Below, in pieces: positions 15,449-30,793 of a DNA stretch of 64,000 bases. The number at the start of each line of letters is the position of its first letter. Position 1 is the first letter of the stretch. The stretch is from the NCBI RefSeq assembly GCF_009914755.1, contig NC_060940.1. One strand, written 5' to 3'. The notes under the pieces were generated by a model, which saw only the letters and a list, made by a program, of their open reading frames with translations, was not told the DNA's origin and ran no database searches. The DNA is from the human T2T-CHM13v2.0 reference genome, Homo sapiens. A program made the translations under genes and the position numbers.

Positions 15449-15767
15449 TTTTTTTTTTTTTTTTTTTTTTTGAGATGGAGTCTTGCTTTGTTGGCCAGGC
15501 TGGAGTGCAGTGGCGTGATCTCAGCTCGCTGCAACCTCTGACTCCCGGGTTCAAGTGATTCTCCTGCCTCAGCCTCCTGAGTAGCTGGCATTACAGTCCT
15601 CCTGAGAACCTGCCACCACGCCTGGTTCATTTTTGTTTTTTTTGGTAGAGATGCGGTTTCACCATGTTGGCCAGGCTGGTCTCGAACACCTGACCTCGAG
15701 TGATCCACCCTGTCCCCCGGCTTCCCAAAAGTGCTGGGATTATAGGTGTGAGCCATGGTACCCGGCC
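15449..15767 (-). mobile_element. AluS with small internal insertion
   Basis: Antisense Alu; TSD ttgtgtctttt. Confidence 0.95.
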
Positions 15768-16104
15768 TTGTGTCTTTTCTACGTGGACAGTTAGATTTGT
15801 CCAGTTAATCTTACCTTGGGCCAGTCACTTAACTTCTCTCGGTTTTATGTCTACATCCATAACTTGGGCATAATAACAGCATCTCCCCTGTAGAGTGGCT
15901 TGAGGATTCAGGGGAAGGCGAGCAAAGCACCTGGCATTCACAGTGTCCAGTTCACATGACGAGCTCATTTAATGGCACCCAGGCTTGATAGAAGGTATGT
16001 GTTATGATCTGGGTGGTATCTCCTGCCATTTTGGAGCAGATGCTAAGAAGCAAGTCATTCAGCTGAGGTCTAGGGGAATAGACAGAGATCCAGGCCGTTA
16101 CTAG

Positions 16105-16856
<752 letters not shown>

Positions 16857-17659
16857 ATTCCTTAAAGTGGGAATGTCTTTCCATGTTTCAGAATTCTCAT
16901 CTGCCATCTCTCTTCCCATGCATGAAGATAAGCAGTAGACTATCCACTCCTGCACCTGTTCATATACATATAGAAACACGCACTGAGACCGAGCACCACA
17001 CGCACAGACACTCACACACACACATGCATTCAAACCTCTCCATGCAGACACATTCTCTGGAGCAGTCTGGATGCAGCTTGTAAAAGTGCCTCCTCATTCA
17101 GCACTTGGACAACCTAAGAGCCTCTTCAGTAAGATCCTGATAGCTTTATTGGAGAGGTCTTGGGTAGAAAAAAAGCTGCAGCTTAATGAAGGCCTTTTAA
17201 CAGTCAATCTCAATTCCAAGAAAAAGCAAATCTATTACCAGCGTCCGATAATTTCTGCTCAGGGATTCCCACTCTTGGAATGGATTTTTTTTTCCAGGGC
17301 CTCTTTTCTAATTAACTCTGGAGCGTAGATTACAAGAGGCCGGCCTTGTGAATGAAGGGGGCACCTCGGCGGAAGTAATCACTGGAGGTGATGTTTAATT
17401 AAAGAGATGCTGTTAGAGGGAAAAGACCTGAGCAGGCTGGAGTGCTAATCCTCTTGCCGTGCTAGTGTGTCCCTGCGTGATTGTGATTGATGAGCTGGTC
17501 CTGCTCACATCTTCATCTGCAGCGTGCTCATCCCTGCAGGAGGGGCTTCAGCTCCCTCCACATACATGCTTAGCCTGGTGTTGTTCTGGCATGGTGAAAG
17601 GGATGGCTGTGCAGTTTCCCTTTCTCACTCTGCATTTTTCTCCTTTTCTTTTTCTCCTT

Positions 17660-18370
17660 TATTATAGCTAGATAGTTGGATAGATATACATTTAGATATA
17701 CAACTATGTACAGATATATATGGACCTCTATATCTATCTACTGTCTGCCTGTCTATCTGCTATCATTCTATCGTTCTGTTTGTCTATCATTCTATCACTC
17801 TGTACATTCATACATTCATTATCCATATATACATTCATCCATTGTCTACCTATCTACTATCTACCTGTCATTCTGTCTATACATACATCAATCCATCATG
17901 TTTATCCATTCTTACATCATCTATCTATACGTTCATCCGTTACACACCTATCTACTATTTACCTATCACTCTATTTGTCTATACGTACATCAATCTGTCC
18001 ATCATCTATCCATCTATCTATACATTCTCACATCCCTTATCTAGCTATACATTCATCTATTATCCACCTATCTACTATCTACCTATCACTTTATTTGTAT
18101 ATGTATACATCTATCTATACATATCCATACATTAATCTATCCATCCATCTATCCATCTATACATTCTCACATCCATTATCTATCTATACATTCATCCCCT
18201 ACTTATCTACTGTCATTTTATCATTATGTTTGTCTATACGTTCATCAATCCATCAGTCTGTATACTTCACATGTCCACTATCTATGTATACATTCATCCA
18301 TTATCTATCTCTCTAATCTCTCTATTGCTCTGTCATTATATCTACCTACCTATGCATCTATCTCTATCTT
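17660..18370. repeat. Degenerate (TCTA/TCCA/TCAT)n tandem repeat with ~100-135-nt higher-order units
   Basis: Anchor acctatctactat(c/t)tacct(a/g)tca recurs at 17848, 17946 and 18066, with a degenerate copy near 18201. Confidence 0.88.
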
Positions 18371-18819
18371 TATAAAATCTTGCTGTGAATCTCAGCGTCT
18401 CTGTCTCCCCATGTCTGTGTCTGGCTTTGTCTTCATTTTTCTCATTCTGTCCAAATCTCTCTGTTTCTCTGCCTCTGTCTGTCTCTGTTTCACTGTTTGT
18501 CCTTTTGTTTCTCCTAGGTCTGCCCTATTAGGTAATTTTAGGGAACGTGTAACTGATACCTTTTTTTAAATTCAAGAGTATTAATGGTTGAGTAATGTAA
18601 AAGCAAGTTTTTGGTTAAGCATTTACTAAATGACAGGAACTGCCTGAGGTACCTTTTGGCAAGTATTTCATAATTGTTCTTAAAATAGCAAATATTAATC
18701 TCTTAATATGTGCCAGGTCCTAATGCCAAGTACTTTATGTATTAATCCCATTTAATCTTCAGAATAGTCTTATGTTGTAGCTTCTTTTGCTGTTCCTATT
18801 TTGGAGATTAAAAAACTGA

Positions 18820-19169
<350 letters not shown>

Positions 19170-20723
19170 TAATCCACACTTTCGCACACCAAGATAACAT
19201 TTTATTTCCACCTTTTAATGATGCATGTACAATGGTTTTAAAAGTTAAGGTGAATTTTCCTTGGTCAGAGTTTTTAAAAAATGTCATTCTAGGGATCTTA
19301 CTTCAGATGTGTCTCTCTCCAAAATGCTCCTTTTGAATGGACAGAAAGGTAGACCTGTGTCTCCCCATGTTTCTCTGTGATTGCTCCCCCTTTAAATCTG
19401 TGTCCCAGCTACATTTAGTGAACATCTTTGCCATGTGGCTTCTGAATGGAGGAGGCTGCAGAACTTCCTTCAGTCTTCTGAGCCATAATAAATTGGCAGA
19501 AATGTCTGATTTGACGTTTTCCCCCCCTTGTTCAAGGCAGATGCTTTTCTCATTACTGAGAAAAGAATGACACTTTGTCTCTCCAAGAGCTCAGGCGTTC
19601 ATAATAGATAAGTGTGCAGTTTCTGATCTTGGAGCTGCTAGCTCTGCTAGACTAGGGGAGGCTCAGCTCTATCAGGGCTCTATCCCTGGCGAGATTAGGT
19701 TTGCAGAATCTCTACTGGAGCTTGTAGCTACTCACTAGAGTGGATTGGTCTATGATTCTAGTTTCACTGTTTATAGTTCAAAATTTTCCAGCCAGCCAGG
19801 CTGTCTTCTTAATTAGAGGGGTTGAGTCTGACATGGAAGGAGTGGATAATGTACCTTTACTCCCCATTTTCATCTATCAATGGAAAAGAATTAAAATAAA
19901 TTCAACTGTGACTTGTTTAACTCCCACATTAACTTGGGTTAGCAAATTCTACTTTGTGGAAGGAACCATGAGGAAGAAAACAGATTGTAACTATGGTCTG
20001 TACTAGTTCATAAGTCCAAGTTCAACTCTGGTTGAGGTGGGGGTGTTGATAGCTTTCACTAAACCTCAAATTGTTCATTATCTTCTAGTCTTGGTGAAAC
20101 AAGCTTTCCCATGTCTCAAAAAGACCCACCTAATAAATATAATCAAGTCCCATCTTACCCAGAAACAGCACCTGCTGTTACTCTCTGATTCTCATTGTTT
20201 TGCTCTGACGTTAGGGTGTCTTTATCAGCCTAAGGATACATAGATTCTTAGACTGTTTCAATCTCTTATCTTCTTTAGGTGGCCTAAAATCTAACACTGG
20301 AGATCTCTTCATCATAGCACCCTTGGAAAACTCTGAAAGCTGTCATAGGTCTAGAAATCCATCAACTCCAGATTCTAAAGAGACAACCAAATGGCTCACA
20401 CTTCTTACCGTACCTGCACCCACAAATCTGGCTCTTAAATAAAGTCATCAGCCCTCTAATTATACTAAGATATTCAAATCATGAGATTCGCTCTGAAGCC
20501 AATTCTTCAACCACCCACTTACCCATCTTTGCTTTCCGGGCATTGCCACATCCCTTTTTCTTGGGGTTTCCTCCGCAGGAACACTCCTTATCTGCGACTT
20601 TGGTTGACTGTAAATCTTGCACTGTTGCTTTGCTATTTAATGCAACTTGTCATCTTGTTTTTGGCCTTGATTTGATATCCTAGTAAGGGACTCTTCTTGG
20701 GTTTTGCTTTAAGATTCAGTCTG

Positions 20724-21079
<356 letters not shown>

Positions 21080-21263
21080 CTAGACACACCAAACATCAGC
21101 CAGACAGGTGATGTGATCCCTCTGATTTTCAGAATTCCTTTGAGAGATCACTTGGCCCTTCCCTGCTGATCTTTGGGCTGGAGTCAAGGCAATCTTTTGA
21201 ATTAGTTCTGTCTCTCTCTAAATTATTTGCTTTATGTAATAGGAACATGCCTCATTTGGGCTC

Positions 21264-21437
21264 TTTATTTTATCTATTTTATTTGAAACAGGGTCTTGCT
21301 CTGTCACCCAGGCTGGAGTGCAAGTACATGATTGTGGCTCACAGCAGCCTCAAACTCCTGGGCTCAAGCAATCCTCCTGCTTCAGCCCCCTGAGTAGCTA
21401 GGACCGCAGGCACATGCCACCATGCCCAGCTAATTAA
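21264..21437 (-). mobile_element. AluJ/FRAM-like monomer
   Basis: Single antisense Alu arm followed by (TA)n. Confidence 0.85.
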
Positions 21438-22200
21438 TATATATATATTTAAAAACATGTCCTTGTATTTAACAGAATTTTAAGGAAGAATTTGATTTTT
21501 AGTAATTTACAACTTCTCTGGCCAATCTTCCAAATCTGGCTAATTTTCATTGTACCACTCCGTGTGTTCCTTTTTTGTCATTCTGAATATTGATGATTAT
21601 AGTCTATGTTCCTAACGCCTAGGCTGATAACACTCTACTCAGCCTACTTTGTTCACATTTCCAGCATCAGAATCCTGTGTTCCATGCTTGTATGTTGTGG
21701 AACGAGCTCAATTTTCAGCATTAAATTTACCATGCCAAAAGGTGGAAAAAGACTCTGCAATAAACAGACTACTTAGCATGATTTTGTCTGCCTTCTGCAT
21801 TTGGAATTCCCAACATAACCTAAGCAGGCATAAAATTCAGTTCTTTAAGATTCGTTTACCAATAAGAATGTTGTAAAAATTCAAATAAAAGGAATGCAGA
21901 TTAGCAGAGAGAATGCTAAGCAAGTTTTTTGTTTCTGTCCTTGGTGCTGAAAAAAATGGGGGTCAACTTTTCTACCTTAGTGAATTTAACGATGTGGTGA
22001 TTGTATTTAAATGACTATGTGACAAGGGATCAGATACTTCCCTATAATCATTCTTTAGTTTCCTAGAACTGTAGAAGCTTGGTGGCATAATGAGAGCTGC
22101 CTGTCACCTACCCTAGAACTGTCCTGTCTCATATGACAGCCACTAGCCACATGTAGCTACTTAAAACGACACTAAATAAAGTTAAAATTCAGTTTCTTAG

Positions 22201-22875
<675 letters not shown>

Positions 22876-23008
22876 CTCAGTCAGACTGTCTACCTTTCAG
22901 GTGCTCAACAGCCACACGTGGCTAGAGTTTCCTGTGTTAGACAGTACAGATATGGAATATTTCTGTCATCTCAGCAAGTTTTATTGGACAGTCTTCCCCT
23001 AGAATCAT

Positions 23009-23495
23009 TGCAATAGACTCAGTAACGCCCACAAATCTGTCCACATCATAATCACTGGAACCTGCGAGTGTTACTGTATATGGAAAAAGGACCTATGCAG
23101 ACAGATTTAAGTAAGGAGAATTATTTCTTTTGAATTGGAGAGATTATTCTATAGTATCCAGATGAGTCCAGTGTAATCACAACAGTACTTACAAGGGGGA
23201 ACACAGAGGTGTAGAGTCAGAGTCAGAGAGGAAGAAAATGTAATAACAGAATCAGAAACTGGAGTAATGCATTTTGAAGTTGGAGAAAGAGACCACAAGG
23301 TAAGGAATTAAGGTGGTCATTAGAAGCTCAAAAATGGCAAAGAAACCGATGATCCTCTCAGAGCCTCCAGAGCCCTGGTGACACCTTGACTTTACGTCAG
23401 TTGAGAAATCAGAACTAAAAGAGAAGATGTTTGCATTGTGTGAAGCCACAATGTTTCTGGTAATTTGTTATAACAACAACAGAACGCTGATAAAA
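23009..23495 (+). mobile_element. MLT1 (MLT1D-like) MaLR LTR
   Basis: tgtccacatcataatcactggaacctgcgagtgttac...gtaatttgttataaca pattern. Confidence 0.75.
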
Positions 23496-24489
23496 TCATC
23501 ATTATCATTGTCATCATCATTATCGTCATCCCAGTAGGTGCTTGGTTTTAGTTTGGGTTCTTATAATTTTGCATTCTCAAATAGAAAGTCAAAACAATTT
23601 CTTAGTTATTTGAAGAACCACACTGATAAGCAATGGCACCTTTTATTTTTTGAGATTTTCTTATTGGCTTGTGAATGATTTCTTCTCTGAGAGTGGTTAT
23701 GGAGGCTTAAACAGTATGTCATGAGTTAGCAATGTCTAGTGGGGGAGCTATAATAGATAAAGGTGAGAAGAGATAATTCACATGGCCCCACTTTCTGATT
23801 TTTTTGGACTGGGATGTTTGTCAATTGCAATTCTCGTTTTGAGCATGGTGGTCAGATGAGATTGGCCTTGCTGAAGCACAGGCAAGCATCCCATTAAATG
23901 CTTTTAGGTGATTCAGAACCAAAGCTCAATTCAGTATTTTAAAGGCGCCCTTTGGGGAGACCATCTCTGGCCTTCCTACCATTGGCGGCTAGTGTGTTAT
24001 TTTCCAAGCCCGCTGTGTGATGATGGGTGTGATGTGTCACACTCCTTCTCTGCTCCCTCAACATGCTCCTTTCCTCCCAGGCTGGGTTTGATGGATTATT
24101 TTTTCTGGAAAATTTTCCTAACCCCCTGCACACTGCCATCCAAGTCACTTCGCTTAAATAACAATAACAGCAATAATAGCACAGAGTTGTTCAGCATAGT
24201 GATAAGAAATTTACTTTCATGACCTAATTTATTGTAGAAATAATCCTATGAAGGGTATGCAGTTTTTATCTCTCTTATGACAGAGAGGAGCCAACACTCA
24301 AAAAGGTCATGATACTTACTCAAAGCCATATACCTGGTAAGAGGCAAAGCCAGCATTTGAACAACAGGCCTTCTGAGTCTGGAAGTGGCTTTCATTCCGA
24401 AACTCAGCAGAAGTTTCTCCTTCCCAAATGCTTGAGCTCCTTAATATCAGGAACTGTGTTATCTACTTTTTTTTTTTTTTTTTTTTTTT

Positions 24490-25295
24490 GCACTATAAAA
24501 TCTTCATTCTTTATTTTAGATACAGGAGGTACATGTGTAGGATTGTTACATGGGTATATTGGACCAAGGTAATGAGCATAGAAGCCAACAGGTAGTTTTT
24601 TACTCCATTCCTTCCTGCCATTTTAGTAGTCCCCCGTGTCTGTTGTTCCCTTATTTATGACCGTGTGTGCTTGATGTTTAGCTCCCACTTATAAATGAAA
24701 ACATGTGATACTCGTTTTCTGTTCCTGCATTAATTCAGTTAAGATAATTGCCTCCAGCTGCATCCATGTTGCTGCAAAGACATGATTTCATTCTGTTTTA
24801 TGGCTGCATAGTATTCCATGGTGTATATATACCACATTTTCTTTATCCAGTCCACCGCTGATACACACCTAGGCTAATTCCATGTCTCTGGTGTTGTGAA
24901 TATTACAGTGATTAACATACTTGTGCAGGTGTCTTTCTGAGATAACAATTTCTTTTCCTTTGGGTATTTCCCCAGTCATGGGATTGCTGGATTGAAGAGT
25001 AGCTCTGTTTTAAGTTCTTTGAGAAATACTCAAACAGCTTTCCACAGTGGCTGAACTAATTTTACACACCCACCAAAAGTGTATCAGCCATCCTTTTTCT
25101 CTGCAGCCTCACCAGCATCTATTGTTTTTTGACTTTTTACTAATAGGCATTTTGACTGGTGCGAGATGGTATCTCATTGTGGTTTAGATGGGCACATATT
25201 TCCCTGATGATGATTATAAGCATTTTTTCGTATGTTTGTTGACTGTGTTTATATCTTCTTTTGAGAAATGTCTGTTTGTGACCTTTGTCCTTTTT
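24490..25295 (-). mobile_element. L1PA/PB (older primate L1) 3' fragment
   Basis: tttagctcccacttataaatgaaaacatg, gtattccatggtgtatatataccacattttctttatccag, gagatggtatctcattgtgg. Confidence 0.9.
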
Positions 25296-25371
25296 TTTGC
25301 ATGTGCAGAATTTATTCAAGTTTTAATATAATTCCATCTTTAAGTCTCAGAAACCTTTTTACATTTATTTT

Positions 25372-25507
25372 AAGACTACACATTGGGTACAGTACACACT
25401 GCTTGGGTAACGGGTGCACCAAAATCTCAGAAATCCGCACTAGAGAACTTATTCATGTAAGCAAACATCACCTGTTCCCCAAAAACCAATTGAAATAAAA
25501 AATAAAT
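25372..25507 (+). mobile_element. L1PB-like 3' end
   Basis: cattgggtacagtacacactgcttgggtaacgggtgcaccaaaatctcagaaatc...aataaa. Confidence 0.85.
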
Positions 25508-25774
25508 TACTTTTTTTCTTCTCCATTCAAAGATACTAGACTATTTTTTTGAAAATCAGCAGAATTTCATTGAAGTTCCTCATTTAAATTTATGTTTGAA
25601 TCCTGTAGATTCTTAATAAGTACTTCCATACAGAGAAGAAGCTAATAAGAACGTTCCAGAGAGATCCTACAGAACGTGGTGTGGTGGGAAGATACTAGGC
25701 TGGCTCCACATTCTGTCTCTATCAGCAGTGAGTCAGTGCACACATCCTACCTTCTGGGCATCAGTTTCCTCACC

Positions 25775-26082
25775 TTTTTATTTTATTTTGTTTTACTTTT
25801 GAAGTAGGGTCTTGCTCTGTCTCCCAGGTTGGAGTACAGTGGCATGATCTCAGCTCACTGCAACCTCCATCTCCCAGTTCAAGTGATTCTCTTGCCTCAG
25901 CCTCCCAAGTAGCTGGAATTACAGGCATGTGCCACCACATCTGTCTAATTTTTGTATTTTTAGTAGGGATGGGGTTTCATCATGTTGACCAGGCTGGTCT
26001 TGAACTCTTGACCTCAAGTGATCCACCTGCCTTGGCCTCCCAAAGTGTTGGGATTAGAGGGGTGAGCCACTGTGCCTGGCCA
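25775..26082 (-). mobile_element. AluSx/Sz inserted in a MIR
   Basis: Antisense Alu; degenerate TSD agtttcct; MIR core resumes at aaatggggatagtgata. Confidence 0.93.
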
Positions 26083-28034
26083 AGTTTCCTTATCTTTCAA
26101 ATGGGGATAGTGATATCTAACTCAGAGCCCTTATGGGGATGTAATGAGGTAATAGATGTCAGTCACTTAGGGTGTATACATGAGTTTAATCATCATCATC
26201 ATCATCATTAATACCATTTCTCTACCCCCAGAGTGTGTGTTCAAGTACTTGTCCACATTCAGTGGTCATAGCAAGGCCTCAGTTTACTTGAATGTATTTA
26301 CATTCCAACAATGTAAACCTTAACAAAGACTTTTTTTTTTTTTAAATTTGACCACTGCAGTGTTCTCATAGAAAAGACTACAGAACAGAAAAAAAAAAAA
26401 AAAACAGTTTGCATTGTGTAATTGCTCCAAATTGTATTTTCTTTTAGAAAATAAAAAATAAATCACTAGAATCCTATTTAAATACAAGTTTAAAAATGAA
26501 TTATTTTGCACTAGACACAGAATGGACTGAAAAAATTAGGATTAGAGCCATTGGTACCCATACAGATGTGAAGAAGTTGTCCTGAGAGTGAGCCTCTGGT
26601 TTCATCTGTGCTTCTCTGTCTCCACTTGGCTTTGTCACGTCTCCCATAAATGACCACAGTCATTTTATTGCCTCTCTCCATGTCCCCACCTTTTCCTGTC
26701 TCCAGCCTACCAGCCATTTAGTGGCCAGCGTGGTCTTTCTAAGACAAACCTGACCATGTGAATCCCATGCCTGGAACTCTTCAATGGCCTCCCGTTACTT
26801 AAAGGATCAAATACAAACTACTTTATGTGTCATTTTCTGATTCTCTTCCTATGCCCACAACCTTATTTTCTAGCCCCAGTTCCTGCTAAATCTTCACCAC
26901 ACCTATACTCCAGCCATATTATCCTGTTTTCTGTGTTCTTTTATGCCCTGATGCTGAGTGTGTGCTTTTCCTCTTCCTTGAATTTGCACCTAACTCACTC
27001 CATCATCTCCTCAAGATTCCTCTCAACTGCTACATCCTTTAAGAAGCATTTGATACCTCCTGTCTCTGAATTGAGAGCTTTCTTCTTTGCCCCCTATAAT
27101 AATTTATACTTATAAAATCCATGACACTTGCTTTGATCATCGATTTTTTGGTATCTCTCTTTATCCAGATCTTAATCTGCATGAGAGCATGACTATTTTC
27201 TTATCTCTGAATGTATTTTATATTAATGCAAAAACAAATGCTTATTGTGAACCTACTGGGGACCAGACACAGTGGATAAAGGTACCTCTAGTGCATTTCT
27301 AAACATAGTCAAAAACTACATTTCGAATGAATTAATGAATGCAAGATATCCTTCCATGTGTCACTGAGACTTTTAAAAAGAACTAGTTTCTTTCTGATCA
27401 AATTCAATGGATAACCTTGCAGAGCAAGATCTAACTCAGAATGTCTACGGATGCCTTAAGCATTCTGCATACTGGAGCGTTTTCAAGAGCCCTTCTCTGA
27501 CCTCACACACAGCGAATGTCTGAGCTCTGTAGGCTATTTGTAGAGAGTTTATTTCATCTTTGCAGAAAGCTGCCCAGTATAAATATTAGTCAGTTGATTT
27601 CACACAGAGTAAAAACAAGCTTTTAAAAGCTTTTACCTCTCCTGTCCCCAAATAGGTGCTTTAGACAGATTCTCTGAGCCTTGGGAGCTTTGTTGGATTT
27701 GGTAAAGTGAAAGTTATGTTCTGTTCCGAAGCAGCCTTCTGTGAAGACTGTCTTGGGGTTGATGCTGTAATTGTGCAGAAAGGTAAAATGAAGAATAACA
27801 AAGGTGGCGTGTGGGGTGGGATGGAGATCAAGCTTCCCTGTTCTGGATATATCTCCATAAGTCCATTTCAAAAAATGTTCACGCTTGGTGCCAAGGTGGT
27901 CACTTGGTATTGTAAAGGAGTGGTGGCTTCAAATTTAAATAGTCTAAGTTCAATCTTAGCTCTATTAATGAACTAGCTAATGGTGTACATGGGTCTCACT
28001 CAGCCTCTATGACACCTGAACCAATGAGTATAGC

Positions 28035-28410
28035 TAGCATTGTCCAACAGAAATATAACCATGGTCACAAATATGAATCACATATGTAGTGGGTTTTTTT
28101 TTTATACTTTCTGGTAGCCATATTAAGGCAAAACAAAATGCGTGATTTTAATTTCAATATTTTATTCAAGCAGATATATCCCAATATATAACCAAGCATA
28201 ATTTTATTTACCCAGTATATCCAAAGTGTTACCATTCAACATGTAATCAAACTGACACTACTAAAGAGATATGTTGCATTCTTTCTCTTGTATGACGTCT
28301 CTGAAATCTGGCGTGCAGTTGCCATGTACAGTACGCCTCATTTCAGACCAGCCACATTTCAACACCCAATGACCACACATGGCTAGTGGCTACCATGTTA
28401 GGACAGCAAG
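28035..28410. mobile_element. MER33-like hAT-Charlie element
   Basis: tgtccaacagaaatata...ccagccacatttcaa...catggctagtggctacc...ggacagca. Confidence 0.7.
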
Positions 28411-28697
28411 GTGAAACTACAATGCTTAAGCTGATCTAGCAAGCTCTTAAAGCTCTCTGACTAGGATTACAATATCTGCTTCACAGAGAGCATATGAGAT
28501 CGCATGAAAATTGTCATGCGCCCCAACTTTCTCCTCTGAAGTGTTAGTGTATAAGCAACAGATTAAGAGGATAAGGTGTCACAACATCCTTAGCTGTTTA
28601 CCTAATTGTTGCATTTCTATCACTGGACCTCAAACTCCATGAAGTAGACAATGACATCACTCAATACTAGGTCTTCCGTGACTAGCACGTAATAGAT

Positions 28698-29143
28698 GTA
28701 TTAATTTCCCAGGGCTACGAAAACAAAGAACCACAAACTGGGTGACTTGAAATAGAAATTTACTGGCTCACAGTTCTGGAGGCCTGAAGTCTGAGACAAA
28801 GGTGTGGATAGGACTGGTTCCTTCTGAGTGCTGGGAGGACAATCTGCCCCATGCTGCTCTCCTATCTTCTGGAAGTTTACTGACAATCTTTGGCATCCCT
28901 TGAGTTGTAGAAGCATCACCCATTCATCTTCAGATGGTATGCATATCTGTGTCCACACTTTCCCATTTTATAAGACACAGTCATATGGATTCAGAAGCCC
29001 ACCCTGCTCGCTACTCAGGCATGACCTCATCTTAACTAATTACATCTGCAGTGACCCCATTCCCAGATTAGGTTACATTCTGAGATACTGGGAGCTGGGA
29101 CTTTAGTATTGGAATTTGAAAATAAGACAATTCAACCAATAAC
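28698..29143 (-). mobile_element. MLT1 (B/C-like) MaLR LTR
   Basis: tgtattaatttcc...cacaaactgggtgactt...ctcacagttctggaggc...ttcaaccaataaca. Confidence 0.8.
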
Positions 29144-30421
29144 AGTATGTGTTCAATAAATTCAAGTCAGATATATGAAAAAATAAAAATTGAGTATAAA
29201 GATAATTTTTGGCTACATTGACTGGATTCCAAGAATCTTCCATTCTGTCTAAAGAAGATAGACACGTTAAAAATCAAACGAGAAAAAACAGTAAGTGAAG
29301 AGGATGAATGCAGCCAGTGGGTAGTTAGACTATGCAAAAACAAGTGCGCCAGAATCACAACTCAACATATATTAAGGCTTTCATTTGGTGGTGTTTTGAA
29401 TTAGAAATATTTAATGTCGATCAGCCTCAGTTTCCTTAGCATTATCTACTTCGCAGTTGTTGAGACAATTAACTACAATATCCTAAGTTGCACACAATTA
29501 TTGGGCCAGACTTCTACACTGTGAGTATCTGCAAAAAAAAGAAAAAAAAAAAACATTGTTCACTGCTGTGCTTCTTCCCTCTGATTTACCAATAAGGGAA
29601 ACATCTTCCATATTTCCAAAAACCCCTGGTTTTCCTTGAGTACACCTTGACATCATGCAAAACCTCTTCTTCCTCAAGTCAGCCAGGCCCTGCTGTACTC
29701 TAAGCTGCAACCCACTGGGCTCAGCATTCAATCAGGCAGACGTCCTTAAAAGATCACACATCCTTAGCTACGGAAGAATAATATTTATGCACTGCTTAAT
29801 CATGTGAAGAAGCACAGACTCTCCAGTCTCAAGTGGAGACATTGGGTGATGTATAGGCTTAGAGATCCTCATATTGGGAAAGAGTCAGTTACTGATCTTG
29901 GCTCTTCACTTGCCAAGATGGAACTGTTTGGTTTCAATTCTGTGAACATACTTACAAAGTAGTAGGAACTTCAATACTGTGTGCTTCTGCTTAGTTGGGT
30001 TGTACTGAATTTGTAAGTCCAGTGAGGTTGTATTTTCCCTTTGTTCTGATGAGAGGTCTAGCCACTTTGTGTTTCAACTGTTATAATGTCCATATTCAGT
30101 TTTCTTATTCCCCCATAAAAGTTCATGAGATAGAAATGGAGGAAACGTAGATATGCATCATGCATCTAAGCCTATTGTTGTAGCTAGACTTGTCGGGTCA
30201 TATGGATGAAAATATCTTAGGGAACAGTTTGATGCATTGGAAATACCTCTAGGGTTCATATCACTAGATATGATTTGGGCATTTCACTGAGTTACCTGGC
30301 TCTCAGCTTCTTCCACTAAATAGATGTGAATGATACCCATTCTGACTTTCTTTCAATATTGTATGTAAGGCTTAAAACGATTATGTTTAAATGCTCCCAA
30401 TAACCTTTACAACCTATCCCA

Positions 30422-30793
30422 TGATATGGTTTGTCAGTGTCCCCACTCAAATCTCATCTTGAACTCTAGTTCCCATAATCCCCATGTCTCGTGAGAGGGA
30501 CCCGGTGGGAGGTAATTGAATGATGGGGACAGTTACCTCCATGCTGTTCTTGTAATAGTGAGTGACTTCTCATGAGATCTGATGGGTTTATATGAGGCTT
30601 TCCCCCTGCTTTGCTCGGCCCTTGTCCTTCCTGCTGCCATGTGAAGAAGGACATATTTGCTTCCCCTTCCACCATGATTGTAAGTTTCCTGAGGCCTCTC
30701 CAGCCAGGCTGAACTGTGAGTCAACCTCTTTCCTTTATAAATTACCCAGCCTCAGATATGTCTTTACTTGCAGTGTGAGAACAGACTAATATA
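30422..30793 (+). mobile_element. THE1 (C/D-like) solo LTR
   Basis: tgatatggtttg...ccatgattgtaagtttcctgaggcc...gaacagactaatata; TSD tccca/accca. Confidence 0.9.

Noticed and set aside
17676-18316. Long ORFs up to 198 aa rich in S/I/Y/H/L
   Set aside because: Artefacts of a low-complexity repeat that lacks stop codons.
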